Positions 8,391 through 18,204 of a stretch of 40,589 nt of DNA are shown here, in pieces. This DNA is from a virus (taxonomy: Duplodnaviria; Caudoviricetes), in the IMG/VR virus record IMGVR_UViG_3300048072_000105, positions 1 through 40,589 of that record, one strand, 5' to 3'. Every line of letters begins with the position of its first letter. Position 1 is the stretch's first letter. The position numbers and the translations under genes are program-made. The notes under the pieces are model-generated. The model saw only the letters and a program-made list of their open reading frames with translations. It made no database searches and was not told where the DNA came from.

Positions 8391-9947
8391 TTACTGAGGG
8401 CGGGAAGAGTTCGTAATCAGAGCGGCTGGACGCGGCCCGAGCGTTTTTAGCTTCTGGCCTCCGCGTTGCAGTAGGTCTCCGAGAGGCTTGGACAGGCTGC
8501 CGAGTGCCTGCGGTAGTGCCGACATAACATCGTGTTTCGCACCGGCCGCGCCAATTTGCGTGGCCGGATTATTGAGAAACTCCGCAGCCTTGGTGCCGAA
8601 GTAGTCACCGGCGAGAACGCCAAGCGGACCGGCGTGTGCTCCGGCCATTGCTCCGACCATGCCTCCGGCCATATTGCCGAGGCGTCCGCCCTTGACAACC
8701 TTTACGTCGTCCAATTTCTTGAGCCGCGTAATGGCGTCAATCAAATCGCCGCGCTGGGCGTTCAAGGGCTTCATGTCCGGCGCCACGCCTTCAATGGCGG
8801 TTTTGGCCGCTTGACCGAGCTGATACGTGGCGCTCTCGCGCAAGGCAGTATCGCGCTCGAAACCTTTGCCTATCGTCTTCCAGAAGCCGGTTTTGATTTG
8901 GTCCAAAATGGAAGGCGGCACGTCGTTGCCCCATTTCTTTATCTCTGCCTGCATTGCAGAAGTGGCTTTTTGAATAATCGCGGTTTCGTCTTCTGCCGAC
9001 GCGCCCAGATTGCGGATTTTCTCAATGGCGGGTTTGAGGACTTGGTCGGTCAGATTGATGGAATGGCTCGTATCGAGCTGAGAGAGCCGGGACTGAGCCT
9101 GCTGATCGAGCGGAGCAAGTTTGTCCTGCAAAATCGGAATAGTTTTTGAAGCGTCCAGAGTGCCGTGATCGTATCTGCCGAGGGGTGCGCGGTTGTCGAG
9201 TAGAACCTGCGCCAAGTCTTTGCCGGAGCGATTTTCATACGCACGCTGGGAAGCATTGAGATTAAGTGCACTGCTGTAAGCGTCTTTGATTCCAGCATAG
9301 GTCTTCTCGGCCTGTTGCCCGTTGAGCAACTGTCCGACTTTTCCGATGCCCATGCCTGCAAGCTTCGTCACTCCAGCCACGCCTCCGCCGGTAGCCGCTC
9401 CCAAGCCTGCGTTTACGGCTACATCCGAAAGACTACCGCCTTTGGACATACTCATTCCTGCGCCCTGAGCCGCGCCAGCTCCGACGGCGCCTAGCACACC
9501 TTCGCCGGGAATTGCGTAGCTCGCAACTTGAAGGGCGTCTCCGACCTTGTTCTCGACGCCAAGAGGAGAAACCGGCGTAGGAGCATTTTCGGGGCCTGCG
9601 GGCGAAGGAATACCCGCTGCGAATGGATCAGGTTTACCCATTGCTTTGGCGAGAAGCTGTACCGGCGTAGCGGCAAGCCCCACAAACGGCGACGCAATGG
9701 CGTTGTAGAGGCCGCTCAATCCGCTCGGCTTATTTCCCGAAGTGAGAGAATTGAATGGATCTGAAGACTTCGGTGTTGCTGCGGACTGCGCCTCTCCAAT
9801 GGGCTTTGCGCCCATCTTTTGAAGGTCGGCGAATGACACCGTGTCAGGGGTAGGTGCTGTGGCTGGTGCAGGTGATGCCTGAGCCGCTGTGTTTATCGGC
9901 TTGGCGCCCATCGCTTGCAGTTGGTCGAATGAGATGGTGTCGTTCAT
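8391..9947 (-). CDS. Putative internal virion/DNA ejection protein
   Basis: 518 aa, Ala/Gly-rich with glycine-zipper segments; position after tail genes matches podovirus ejection proteins. Confidence 0.55.
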   Translation of the reverse strand: MNDTISFDQLQAMGAKPINTAAQASPAPATAPTPDTVSFADLQKMGAKPIGEAQSAATPKSSDPFNSLTSGNKPSGLSGLYNAIASPFVGLAATPVQLLAKAMGKPDPFAAGIPSPAGPENAPTPVSPLGVENKVGDALQVASYAIPGEGVLGAVGAGAAQGAGMSMSKGGSLSDVAVNAGLGAATGGGVAGVTKLAGMGIGKVGQLLNGQQAEKTYAGIKDAYSSALNLNASQRAYENRSGKDLAQVLLDNRAPLGRYDHGTLDASKTIPILQDKLAPLDQQAQSRLSQLDTSHSINLTDQVLKPAIEKIRNLGASAEDETAIIQKATSAMQAEIKKWGNDVPPSILDQIKTGFWKTIGKGFERDTALRESATYQLGQAAKTAIEGVAPDMKPLNAQRGDLIDAITRLKKLDDVKVVKGGRLGNMAGGMVGAMAGAHAGPLGVLAGDYFGTKAAEFLNNPATQIGAAGAKHDVMSALPQALGSLSKPLGDLLQRGGQKLKTLGPRPAALITNSSRPQ

Positions 9948-9950
9948 AAG

Positions 9951-11684
9951 TTACTGGAGCTTCTGGTACGCGCCTTTCGGATTTGACGGATCAACGGGGA
10001 TGTAGATGCTGCCGTCCGGCCCGGCGTGGGCGTTGTCGATGAGGCCGCTCGCAAGTTGCGACGGCTTGAGCCCCGGAACCAAGCCCTTAACATCCAAGCC
10101 CAACGAAGCGAGTTTCACCTGGTTAACCGGGCTGATGAATGTATCTAGGGATGATGGGTCCTGTCCCATTGCCGTGCGATACGACTGAATGTTCGCGGCA
10201 ATTTTTGAAGACAAGAAGGTGGCGACGGTTTTGACGTATCCCTGGTGCTGGTCGGGGCTGTCTATCGCGCTTCCGTAGTGCTTCTGCGCTTCGCGATCAC
10301 CAAGCGCGCCCGCTCCGTATGCGTTCGCTATTTCGTTGGAGAGGAGGTCTTGCGCCTGTCCGTAGTTGTTGGCCTCTGCGCTCCCCGTCTGCGTCGCGAT
10401 GAAGTTCTTGAGATTGTTTCCGCTCTGGACCGCGCCGTTGTTGAGTGCGTTGAACAAATTGTTCGCGTCGAAGAGGTGACCGACTGCGGTATTGAGCGCG
10501 TTGATTTGCTTGCCGGTGGCGCCGGTCGTGAGGTCTTTCTGATAGCTGAGCTGAACCTTGTTTTGAGGCGTCGGAAGCGGTGCGGGCGCGTAGAGGTTGG
10601 CTCCCTGAGCTGCGGGCGCAGCACCCGAAGCGGGAGCGTTGCCGGAAGTTCCGCCAAGGGCGCCGGGCTGCGTTGGTAGCGCACTGGGTCCAGTGGGCGC
10701 TTCTGCGCCACTCGGCACCGGTCCCTTGCTTTGATAGGTGATTGGCTTCCCCGTGAGCGGGTCGAACTTGACCTGGGTGGAAGTCTGGATGCCGCGCTCG
10801 TACCCGGTGTGCGACGCATTGAAGTCGAAGTTCGGATTCTGCTGGAGCGTGTTGAGAACGAACGGCAGGCCATAGCGTGTGAGCAGCGTCGGGTCGAGGC
10901 GCCCGTCCTGCATCGCTTTGGAAACAATGTCGTTGGTGCCCTGGTTTGAGGAGAAGCCTCCGACTGTTGCTCCGGTGCCAGGATAGTAGAGCGAGCCGCC
11001 ATACGGCACGGAGATAGGTTTGTACTGCAAGTCGAGAAGATTGGACTGATACTGCGCACGGGCCTGTGCGGCGTTGGTATCGGCAGTACGGTATCCGGTC
11101 AGTGCATCAAGGCTGCGGCTTGCCGCGTCGATGGCAAGCGAGTCAGTGCGATTTTGCCGGTCGCCTTCGGCGTTGGCATAACTCACCGGCTGGCCGAGGT
11201 TGAGGTTGTTCTCCTGATGCTGCTGCTGTTGGCCGAGCAAGGTGTTGAGGTATGCGCGCTGATTTTTTTCTTCCGGCGATACCTGGAGGGACTGCGCGTA
11301 GGTATTGAAGGCATCCTTGTATGGCTGAAACGGGTCAGTCGGCGCGGCGGACAACATCTTGCCGTTGGCGTCAACATTTGCGCCGTTTGGAGTCGTAAAT
11401 GACGAAGGGGTAGGTCCAGTCGGGGCTGGGGGAGTTGTACTCCCGTAGGGGCTTGTGGGAGGTGCTGCGGGCACTCCAAGAGGCCCGTAGGCCTGTGTAG
11501 GGCCTTGGTAACTTGACGCTCCGGGCAAAGTGTTGCCTCCCGCATTTGCAGAGGTGAGCGTCGCCTTGAGATTCGGGTCAGTCGCTCCGGACGAAGAAGT
11601 GAGACCTTGAATGAACTGCTGCTTAGCTGGAGACACAAGGGTGCCTCCCGATCCGATGCTGTAGCCTGAAAGATTGAGAGCCAT
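9951..11684 (-). CDS. Putative internal virion/DNA ejection protein
   Basis: About 577 aa, Gln/Pro/Gly/Asn-rich, start at MALNLSGY; same position argument as above. Confidence 0.55.
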   Translation of the reverse strand: MALNLSGYSIGSGGTLVSPAKQQFIQGLTSSSGATDPNLKATLTSANAGGNTLPGASSYQGPTQAYGPLGVPAAPPTSPYGSTTPPAPTGPTPSSFTTPNGANVDANGKMLSAAPTDPFQPYKDAFNTYAQSLQVSPEEKNQRAYLNTLLGQQQQHQENNLNLGQPVSYANAEGDRQNRTDSLAIDAASRSLDALTGYRTADTNAAQARAQYQSNLLDLQYKPISVPYGGSLYYPGTGATVGGFSSNQGTNDIVSKAMQDGRLDPTLLTRYGLPFVLNTLQQNPNFDFNASHTGYERGIQTSTQVKFDPLTGKPITYQSKGPVPSGAEAPTGPSALPTQPGALGGTSGNAPASGAAPAAQGANLYAPAPLPTPQNKVQLSYQKDLTTGATGKQINALNTAVGHLFDANNLFNALNNGAVQSGNNLKNFIATQTGSAEANNYGQAQDLLSNEIANAYGAGALGDREAQKHYGSAIDSPDQHQGYVKTVATFLSSKIAANIQSYRTAMGQDPSSLDTFISPVNQVKLASLGLDVKGLVPGLKPSQLASGLIDNAHAGPDGSIYIPVDPSNPKGAYQKLQ

Positions 11685-11694
11685 AAAGTTGAAA

Positions 11695-12660
11695 TTAAAA
11701 ACCTGATAAATTCTGCGGCGGAACGTTCGGGTCAATCATGCGCATCATGCCGGGCGGGATGTACGCGCCCTCGATGGTCTCGGCCGCCTCTTCGAGCATC
11801 TGGCCGATGAGTCCGCCTATCTCCTCCGAGAAACCCGCTTCCTTGCCGCCGTCGTAGAGGCGCCAGTAGTGCTCGGCGAGCGTCTCGTTCTCTTTGAACG
11901 ACCAGTAGAGCGCGACAGCGCGGTAGACCGGCGCAACGTCGTAGCTCTCCGGTATCGGCGACATTTCTCCGATGGTGTAGGAGGCCGCGCCTGCGGAAAT
12001 CGAGGTTCCTTCATACGGCGTCGAGAGCGTAAGGTGAGTTCCATCGGTGACAGATGCAATTTTGTACCAGAAGTGGTCGCCGTTGTTGTCCGCGTTGCCG
12101 TCGGTAATGCGGATGTACCGCCCAGCCATTGCAGCGGTCCAAACGGTCGGCGTGGTATCGCCCACAATTGCGGTGCTGCCGTTGGTGGCGGTGAGGATTT
12201 TGCCGGTCGTGTAGTCGGCAATGGAAAGGTCGCGGAGGTTGAGGCGTCCGCGCATGATGACGGTATTGGCCGTAGAAGCGGGCGTCGGCGCGATGTTTAC
12301 CGTGCGGTCCGCCACATAGACGAAGAGCGGCACGTCGCTCGAAGCCAAGCGGGAAGCGATAATCGTGTTCCACTGGTTCGGGTCAAAGACGGGCGTTACC
12401 GGGTAATAAATATTGGTGCCGCTGAAGAGCACGCTGGTGAGCTTGCGGATGCGCTGCGGGACGGTGACATAACCCTGTCCTGCCACTGTTGCCACGTTCT
12501 CGGTCGTCTCAAGCCACGACCACTTGCCGCCGCGCATGGTGGCGATAGTGCGGATGCTGTCATTGAGGTGCTGGTCGAGCAGCGCCATCGTCGTGGTGTC
12601 GGTGGTAGCAACGCCGGTCCAGCTCGCTCCTAGATTTCGTAGTGTGGTGTAGCTTTTCAT
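11695..12660 (-). CDS. Putative head-tail adaptor protein
   Basis: N-terminal helices, WSWLE, NIAPTP and PIPESYDVAPVYRAVALYW pattern typical of phage adaptors, with an inserted beta-rich domain. Confidence 0.55.
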   Translation of the reverse strand: MKSYTTLRNLGASWTGVATTDTTTMALLDQHLNDSIRTIATMRGGKWSWLETTENVATVAGQGYVTVPQRIRKLTSVLFSGTNIYYPVTPVFDPNQWNTIIASRLASSDVPLFVYVADRTVNIAPTPASTANTVIMRGRLNLRDLSIADYTTGKILTATNGSTAIVGDTTPTVWTAAMAGRYIRITDGNADNNGDHFWYKIASVTDGTHLTLSTPYEGTSISAGAASYTIGEMSPIPESYDVAPVYRAVALYWSFKENETLAEHYWRLYDGGKEAGFSEEIGGLIGQMLEEAAETIEGAYIPPGMMRMIDPNVPPQNLSGF

Positions 12661-12685
12661 AAAGTGGGTGGATTAATTGTACCTC

Positions 12686-14077
12686 TTAAGTGTTTGCCGG
12701 GTCGAAGCGCACCACGATTTTGCGGATGCCTGCTATCGTGGTGTCGAGATTGAGCCGCAGCTTTGTGGAAGAGAGCTTATCTTTTAGGCCGGTGATCTTG
12801 TGGATGTACTCGGTCGCACCGGATTTATTTTGCAGCGAGTACGGCGTGTTAAAGCCTGAATCGCTGTCGCTATTGAAATACAGGTTGCCGGGCGATGCGT
12901 TGCTGGCGACGCCGCTCTTGTAATAGACCCAGATTTCTCGGACCCACACTTCGCTGTCGAACTCATACCAGCGCGAGTAGAACGCCTGCGTGTTCGTTGA
13001 CGCGATGCTCTTGGTGTCGAAGGTATAAAACTTCGAAGAAGAGAACGCGATACCGAGCAAGCCGCTTCCCATGTTGCAGATATGGGTCAGACTGTTGCTG
13101 TTCACGTTATTTTTGAAGGGGTAGTAGAAGACCTTCTCCAGGCCTGCTCTGACCGGCCCGTAAGCGAGTATCTGCGTCTTCTCTACGACGTAGGCCGTGC
13201 TGCCGATGTTGGTGAAGTGCTGGCGGTAAGGAAGCTCGCTTTGAGATTGGGCCACATTGAGGGCACGGAGTTGCTGCACTCCCGAGCCGGTCCAGTATCC
13301 GAAGCTGGTGCCGAAGCCCGCGAAAACGGTGGTGGCCGTCGGATAGAGCGCGGTGACCATGTCGTCAACGAACGGGGCGCGTAACGTGTTGCCGGTCGAA
13401 CCGTCATAGACGTGCACCTGGTTGATGGTCGGCACGCTGTCGCTGATGTTGAGCTGTGTGGTTGTGCTGATGAGTATTTGGCCGCTTCCCGGGTCAAAGC
13501 CGAGCGCGACAATGCAAAGCTCTGACGAAAGCGTAAGTATGGTGGTGGGCGCTCCGCCGACGCCTTGCTGGCGCAAGAGGAGATTTTTGTCGCCGTAGTA
13601 GATGTTGCCGAACGCGGAGAGGACCGGATGCGGGACGCCGCTGTTGGTGAAGGTCGCATATCCAGCGGTAAAAGAGCTATCGACTACCCACTTCGCGATT
13701 TTCTCTTTTGAGGTGGCGAACACGGCTCCGGCGTATCCGGCCATATGGGAGAAGCCTGCTGCGTAGGTGCTCGCGCCATCGGTGCGCTTAAGCGTCAAGT
13801 CACCTGCGGAGTTGGACGTATAGAAGGTGCCGTCCGTCGCCAGGAAGCATCGCTGCGCGCCCAAAATCTGCGGGTCTTCACAACTGGCGATGATGTCGCC
13901 GGTAAGGTTGGTGCTTTTGTCGGTCGGTGCTGCGGGTGCGTTGAGCACGCCCGGCTGGGCAATAAGGTTGACCGCGTCAGTCTCGGGAGAGAAGCCGCCG
14001 TCGGATGCGTCCGCGGCCGTAGCCATTCCTGCAAGGAAGTTTTCGGAGCCGATGGTGAATGTCTTTGAGCCGATCAT
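12686..14077 (-). CDS. Putative tail nozzle/stabilisation protein
   Basis: 463 aa beta-rich protein with a C-terminal YSRWYEFD..WVREIWV segment, within the structural operon. Confidence 0.5.
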   Translation of the reverse strand: MIGSKTFTIGSENFLAGMATAADASDGGFSPETDAVNLIAQPGVLNAPAAPTDKSTNLTGDIIASCEDPQILGAQRCFLATDGTFYTSNSAGDLTLKRTDGASTYAAGFSHMAGYAGAVFATSKEKIAKWVVDSSFTAGYATFTNSGVPHPVLSAFGNIYYGDKNLLLRQQGVGGAPTTILTLSSELCIVALGFDPGSGQILISTTTQLNISDSVPTINQVHVYDGSTGNTLRAPFVDDMVTALYPTATTVFAGFGTSFGYWTGSGVQQLRALNVAQSQSELPYRQHFTNIGSTAYVVEKTQILAYGPVRAGLEKVFYYPFKNNVNSNSLTHICNMGSGLLGIAFSSSKFYTFDTKSIASTNTQAFYSRWYEFDSEVWVREIWVYYKSGVASNASPGNLYFNSDSDSGFNTPYSLQNKSGATEYIHKITGLKDKLSSTKLRLNLDTTIAGIRKIVVRFDPANT

Positions 14078-14078
14078 G

Positions 14079-14300
14079 TTATTTGTTGAAGATGGTGCGC
14101 ACGCTCATCACGATACCTAGAAGAACGGAAATAAAGACCGCCGCTCCCATAAGCCATTTACCGAGCGTAGAAGCCGTGCTGTACGCCTCACTTACAGGGT
14201 CGAGCTTGTCCTCGATGCGCTTAAGCGCTGCGTCAATGGAAGTGAAGCGGCGCTCGTCGCTTGCTTCGTGGTCTGTCATCCAATGTGGTTTCTGTTCCAT
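14079..14300 (-). CDS. Small coiled-coil plus TM protein (holin/chaperone-like)
   Basis: 73 aa from MEQKPHW; amphipathic N-terminus and C-terminal WLMGAAVFISVLLGIVM helix. Confidence 0.55.
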   Translation of the reverse strand: MEQKPHWMTDHEASDERRFTSIDAALKRIEDKLDPVSEAYSTASTLGKWLMGAAVFISVLLGIVMSVRTIFNK

Positions 14301-14305
14301 AGAGA

Positions 14306-15274
14306 CTAAGAGCCGACGCCCATTAATGTGCGGGTCATGCCGACTGATACGGAAGCGGAAGCGACAAACGGAGCTATCGTGACTCCTGCAACGACAACCT
14401 TGTTGGTGCCAGTCCAAGTGCACTGAAGGGTCGTGCTGGCGGCGGGATGTATCGCGGCATTGTTGTCGCACCAAAACTCAAAGCCGTCGCCGCCGGTGGT
14501 GTGTCCTGTCGTTCCAGCTCCCGCAGCGATGGCAACGCTTCCACCTTGAAACCAAGCCACCATCCAGCAGTTGTCGGCAACAGGGGTAATGGAAAGATTT
14601 TGAGGGGAAGAGGCGCTGGCTGAGGATGCCGCACTTCCTGTGTTATCCGCCGTAGTCGCACTTTGGCACCCGCTGTAGGAAATGGAGCCGCTGTAAAACC
14701 CGACGCCGGTAGTCGTAATCGTGACCGTATGTGCGCCACTTGCCGGATTGCCCAATGCCCAGATACCGAATTGCTCCCAACTGGCTGCGCCCACAACGCT
14801 CACCTGTTTCGTCATTGAAACAGAGTTGTAGGTGATCCCTGAAGCGTTCTGCTGTTGGTCTTCGCCGACCATCAAGTAGGGGTTTGAGCCGGTGACGGTG
14901 TGCGACCAGGTCGTCTTGTTGCCCGTGCTGTCAACAATGAACGTATCAAGGGCGATAGCGAAGCGGTACGGGGCAAAGCCGTGCGCGGAACGAAAGCCCG
15001 CAAGCTGCGCCTGCGGAAGAAGGACTACTTTGAAGGCGAAGCTCTGCGAGAACCACGCTCGGATGATGCCTTCCCAAGTGGCGAGATAGTTTTCGAGAGT
15101 GAACGAGAAGACATTCCCGTGTCTGTCGGCAATCTGCTCAAGGCGTATGCCCTCGCGCCGCCACGCTATGAGCTCCCACAGCCTGAAGACGTTGCAGACC
15201 CACGATGAAGACCACTCGAACTGCGGGCGGTATCGGTGAGCCCCGGTCAGTTTGTAGAGTAAGAGCGGCAGCAT
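14306..15274 (-). CDS. Putative virion surface/fibre-associated protein
   Basis: C-terminal ~215 aa is a Ser/Thr/Gly-rich beta domain (AIALD...WSHTVTGSNPYLMVG); tightly coupled in the operon. Confidence 0.55.
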   Translation of the reverse strand: MLPLLLYKLTGAHRYRPQFEWSSSWVCNVFRLWELIAWRREGIRLEQIADRHGNVFSFTLENYLATWEGIIRAWFSQSFAFKVVLLPQAQLAGFRSAHGFAPYRFAIALDTFIVDSTGNKTTWSHTVTGSNPYLMVGEDQQQNASGITYNSVSMTKQVSVVGAASWEQFGIWALGNPASGAHTVTITTTGVGFYSGSISYSGCQSATTADNTGSAASSASASSPQNLSITPVADNCWMVAWFQGGSVAIAAGAGTTGHTTGGDGFEFWCDNNAAIHPAASTTLQCTWTGTNKVVVAGVTIAPFVASASVSVGMTRTLMGVGS

Positions 15275-15277
15275 AAT

Positions 15278-17014
15278 TTATTTGTTTTTGGCGAACACGG
15301 CGTAGATGCGAACGTCGGTGGTGCTGGTGGCGCATTGCGCGGTCCAGTTCGTGTTTGAGCTTGTCTGCGGAATGGGAACCGGCAAAGCAAAGCCCACGGG
15401 CGGCTGTCCGCCGTTGCTTTGAAGCGAGAAGAGTACCGAGCCTGCGGTCGTGTCCCGGAAGTCGATGCGCGTGTTGGTGCTCGCGCTCGTATTGCTGATG
15501 ATAAGCATCACCAGGTCGTTGAAGACGCCTGCGCCTCCAGCGGTAACAATGGTTGTCTCGGAAGTGGAAGCGGAGATAGTCGTCGTCTGCGTGCCGGTGA
15601 GGTCGCGGATGGTGCCAATGAGGGCAACCTGGCGGCCGAACTTGTCCACCATCGCGCCGGTTAAGTTTCCGTCTGAAGCGGCAGAGGGCAGCGCGGTTTT
15701 TGCAATACCACCCTTGTAGGTGGCTCCTGAGGGTACTGCGGAGCCGGTAGCTCCGTGCCCCCAATTTGCAATGCCGGTGTTATCGTTGGCGAGGGTAACG
15801 CGCTGAGAGCCGGTACCCGTCGCGCCGTTGCCCATGAGGACGGTCACGCCGTTTACTTGTGCGACGTTGACGGCGCTGTTGGCATCGGGCGTTACCAGGA
15901 GCTTGTTCGTGAGCTGCGGCTGATCGGTAGCGATAACCACGCGCAAGGTGCCTGCCGATTTCACTCCTGAGTTGGTGTCGGTCGTCGTACCTGCGAGCTG
16001 TGCGACATTCGTAGAGAGGTTGGTCGCCGATACGGTTACGGTAGCGGCCGAGGCGGCAAGGTTTACGTTGAAGTTGTTCGTGTTTGCCGCGGAGTCCTTA
16101 AGGTCAACGCGCAACCCTCCGGCGGTCGTCATGGAGAGCTGATTAATCTGGCCGGTCGAAAAAGTCGGGGCGTTGGTCGTTACGGAGGCACCGGCGAGAT
16201 GCACCTTGGTAGTGCCGAGCGCCGTTCCCTGGGACACTACGGGCGCGGCTATCGTTGCGAGATTTCCGCCGCTTTCAAGCGCAAGCAACGAGGTGTTGAG
16301 GTTGGTGCCTGCGTTCGCCGTTATGGTGCCGGAGACCGGCTGCGTTACTGCCGAACCGTCTACCTTCCATGCGGTCGTGTTCGCGGTGTTGCCGGGCTGA
16401 ACGGTCCAGGTGCCGCCTTGGTTGGCGGTAATGGTTCCCGACACCGGCTGAGTGACTGCTGAGCCGTCCACTTTGACTGCCGTGGCATTCGCGCCGGTGT
16501 TAGCGAGGGTTACCTGAAGCGGAGCGGCTGAGGTGCCCACTTCGGTGCCGCTCGCGTTCTGGAGGTTGACGAACAGCGCGCGCTTGGAAGTCATGCCGAG
16601 GGCGGCAGAACGTCCATCGGTCACGGTGTCTATGGTGCTGTGGTAGAACGCCATCGACGGGGTGCCGCTAGAGGTACCCGCGGTGAAGGCACTATTGTCG
16701 GTCGTGCCGCCGACTGAAATAGAACCGGTGACACGCAAGTTGCCCGCAAGATCAGTTGAGAGAAGCACCTGGTTGCCTTCGGTGTAGGAAGGCGCCGCGG
16801 CGTTCGCTATCGCGGGGAGTACGCCAAGGTTGGTCGCGCCGGGTGCTGCGTTGTTGTTGGTCTTGCTGCCCGAGACGGTGACGCTGGATATGGAAACATC
16901 CGCGTACATCCGATGCGTGGTCGGGTCTACATAAATGGCGGTAGGGGTAACGCCGTCAACGCTCGAAACGCCGAAGACAGCGGGGATAAAATTTTCGTCT
17001 CGTTTAGATTGCAT
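15278..17014 (-). CDS. Putative tail fibre/spike-like virion protein
   Basis: 578 aa, T/A/S/G/N-rich, with the internal repeat KVDGSAVTQPVSGTITAN. Confidence 0.6.
   Translation of the reverse strand: MQSKRDENFIPAVFGVSSVDGVTPTAIYVDPTTHRMYADVSISSVTVSGSKTNNNAAPGATNLGVLPAIANAAAPSYTEGNQVLLSTDLAGNLRVTGSISVGGTTDNSAFTAGTSSGTPSMAFYHSTIDTVTDGRSAALGMTSKRALFVNLQNASGTEVGTSAAPLQVTLANTGANATAVKVDGSAVTQPVSGTITANQGGTWTVQPGNTANTTAWKVDGSAVTQPVSGTITANAGTNLNTSLLALESGGNLATIAAPVVSQGTALGTTKVHLAGASVTTNAPTFSTGQINQLSMTTAGGLRVDLKDSAANTNNFNVNLAASAATVTVSATNLSTNVAQLAGTTTDTNSGVKSAGTLRVVIATDQPQLTNKLLVTPDANSAVNVAQVNGVTVLMGNGATGTGSQRVTLANDNTGIANWGHGATGSAVPSGATYKGGIAKTALPSAASDGNLTGAMVDKFGRQVALIGTIRDLTGTQTTTISASTSETTIVTAGGAGVFNDLVMLIISNTSASTNTRIDFRDTTAGSVLFSLQSNGGQPPVGFALPVPIPQTSSNTNWTAQCATSTTDVRIYAVFAKNK
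16313..16474 (-). repeat. Two copies of an 18-codon repeat, 108-nt period
   Basis: 16421-16474 and 16313-16366 both encode KVDGSAVTQPVSGTITAN. Confidence 0.9.
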
Positions 17015-17017
17015 ACA

Positions 17018-17545
17018 TTAAGTGGCGGACTGCTTAGCGATTAATTCTCCCCATGCCCGTTCGAACGCTTCGCGCTGGTCTTTGAGAAGTCGGCGCTCCT
17101 CGTTGATACCCATCTGCTCGCGGGCGAGCTGCTTCCGGTCTTCGATGATGTCAGCGTGGACAGCCTTGAGGTCGCGCTTTGCCTCGTTAATTTCCGCCAG
17201 CTTCGCGCTAAGAGCCGCATCAGCCGATGCCATGCGCTCGCGAAGGAGTAGAGCAAAGGCCGTGAGGTCTTTACTGAGGGCGGAGAGAAGGTTTGCGTAG
17301 CCGCGGAGTTCAACGCCGTACTTGGTGAGGGCTTCGTGGTTCGCGGCAACTTCGTCCAGGGCCGTGCGGCTTTCGTCGAGGATTTTGGCGATGCGCTCAA
17401 CGGCTTCTTTTTCGCGGCCGGTGAGGTATTCCTCCGTGCTCCCTTTGAGCGTTTCGAGCGCGGCCCTCCCTTCCACGATGGCGGTGTGGATTTTCGAGAG
17501 TTCTTCAACTGCGCTGAATTTTTCATGGTCTAGGGTGATGTTCAT
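17018..17545 (-). CDS. Coiled-coil hypothetical protein
   Basis: 175 aa with helical heptad character, in the structural operon. Confidence 0.6.
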   Translation of the reverse strand: MNITLDHEKFSAVEELSKIHTAIVEGRAALETLKGSTEEYLTGREKEAVERIAKILDESRTALDEVAANHEALTKYGVELRGYANLLSALSKDLTAFALLLRERMASADAALSAKLAEINEAKRDLKAVHADIIEDRKQLAREQMGINEERRLLKDQREAFERAWGELIAKQSAT

Positions 17546-17606
17546 ATGCCGGGTGAGATTTCGAGGTCCCGTGTGGCGTGCACTGTCAAGACAACCCGGC
17601 TGAGGG

Positions 17607-18110
17607 CTACGCGAGTAGCTTCTCCAAGTCTGCCTTGCTTTTCCGGGCGTCGAACTTGATGCCGCGCTTGTTGAGCTCGGCGATTACTTCCGCCTTGTCT
17701 TTGTATCCAGTGGCGGATACCGGCGGCGTGTCTGTGCCTTCGGCGACCTTGTTGAGGTCTTCGACTTTCTTGACCACTGCGTCGGCCGGGGTCTGGACGG
17801 GAGTTCTCGCCTCCTCGTACACCTCGGTCATAATCTGCGCCTTGAGGCCTGCAATGGCTCCATCGTCCCACAAGGGGCGGTCGGTGCCGCGGCCGTCGGT
17901 CTCTTTGGCGTCGCGTACCGGCGCCTTCTGGATAAGTATCTGGCGCGCAAGGTGCGTCGCGAGGTGCTCACCGACTGTTAAAGGGAACAGCTTCGTCTCG
18001 CCCGCGCGAAGAGGAAACTGGCGGCCATCGTACATGGCGCCCATTTCTGGGGTGAAATCAAAGCTCGTGATGTTCGTGATCCGAACTATTTTTGTGTCGT
18101 TCTCGTTCAT
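17607..18110 (-). CDS. Phage protein with C-terminal HeH/LEM-like domain
   Basis: KAEVIAELNKRGIKFDARKSKADLEKLL; start at MNENDTK. Confidence 0.6.
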   Translation of the reverse strand: MNENDTKIVRITNITSFDFTPEMGAMYDGRQFPLRAGETKLFPLTVGEHLATHLARQILIQKAPVRDAKETDGRGTDRPLWDDGAIAGLKAQIMTEVYEEARTPVQTPADAVVKKVEDLNKVAEGTDTPPVSATGYKDKAEVIAELNKRGIKFDARKSKADLEKLLA

Positions 18111-18204
18111 GATGATTGAGTGACTTGATAATGCCGGGCTTCGCCGTTCCCGGTGCAGTTCGACACTGCATTCTGCCTCCCGGATTGAGAGGCAGAGGCA
18201 ATGG

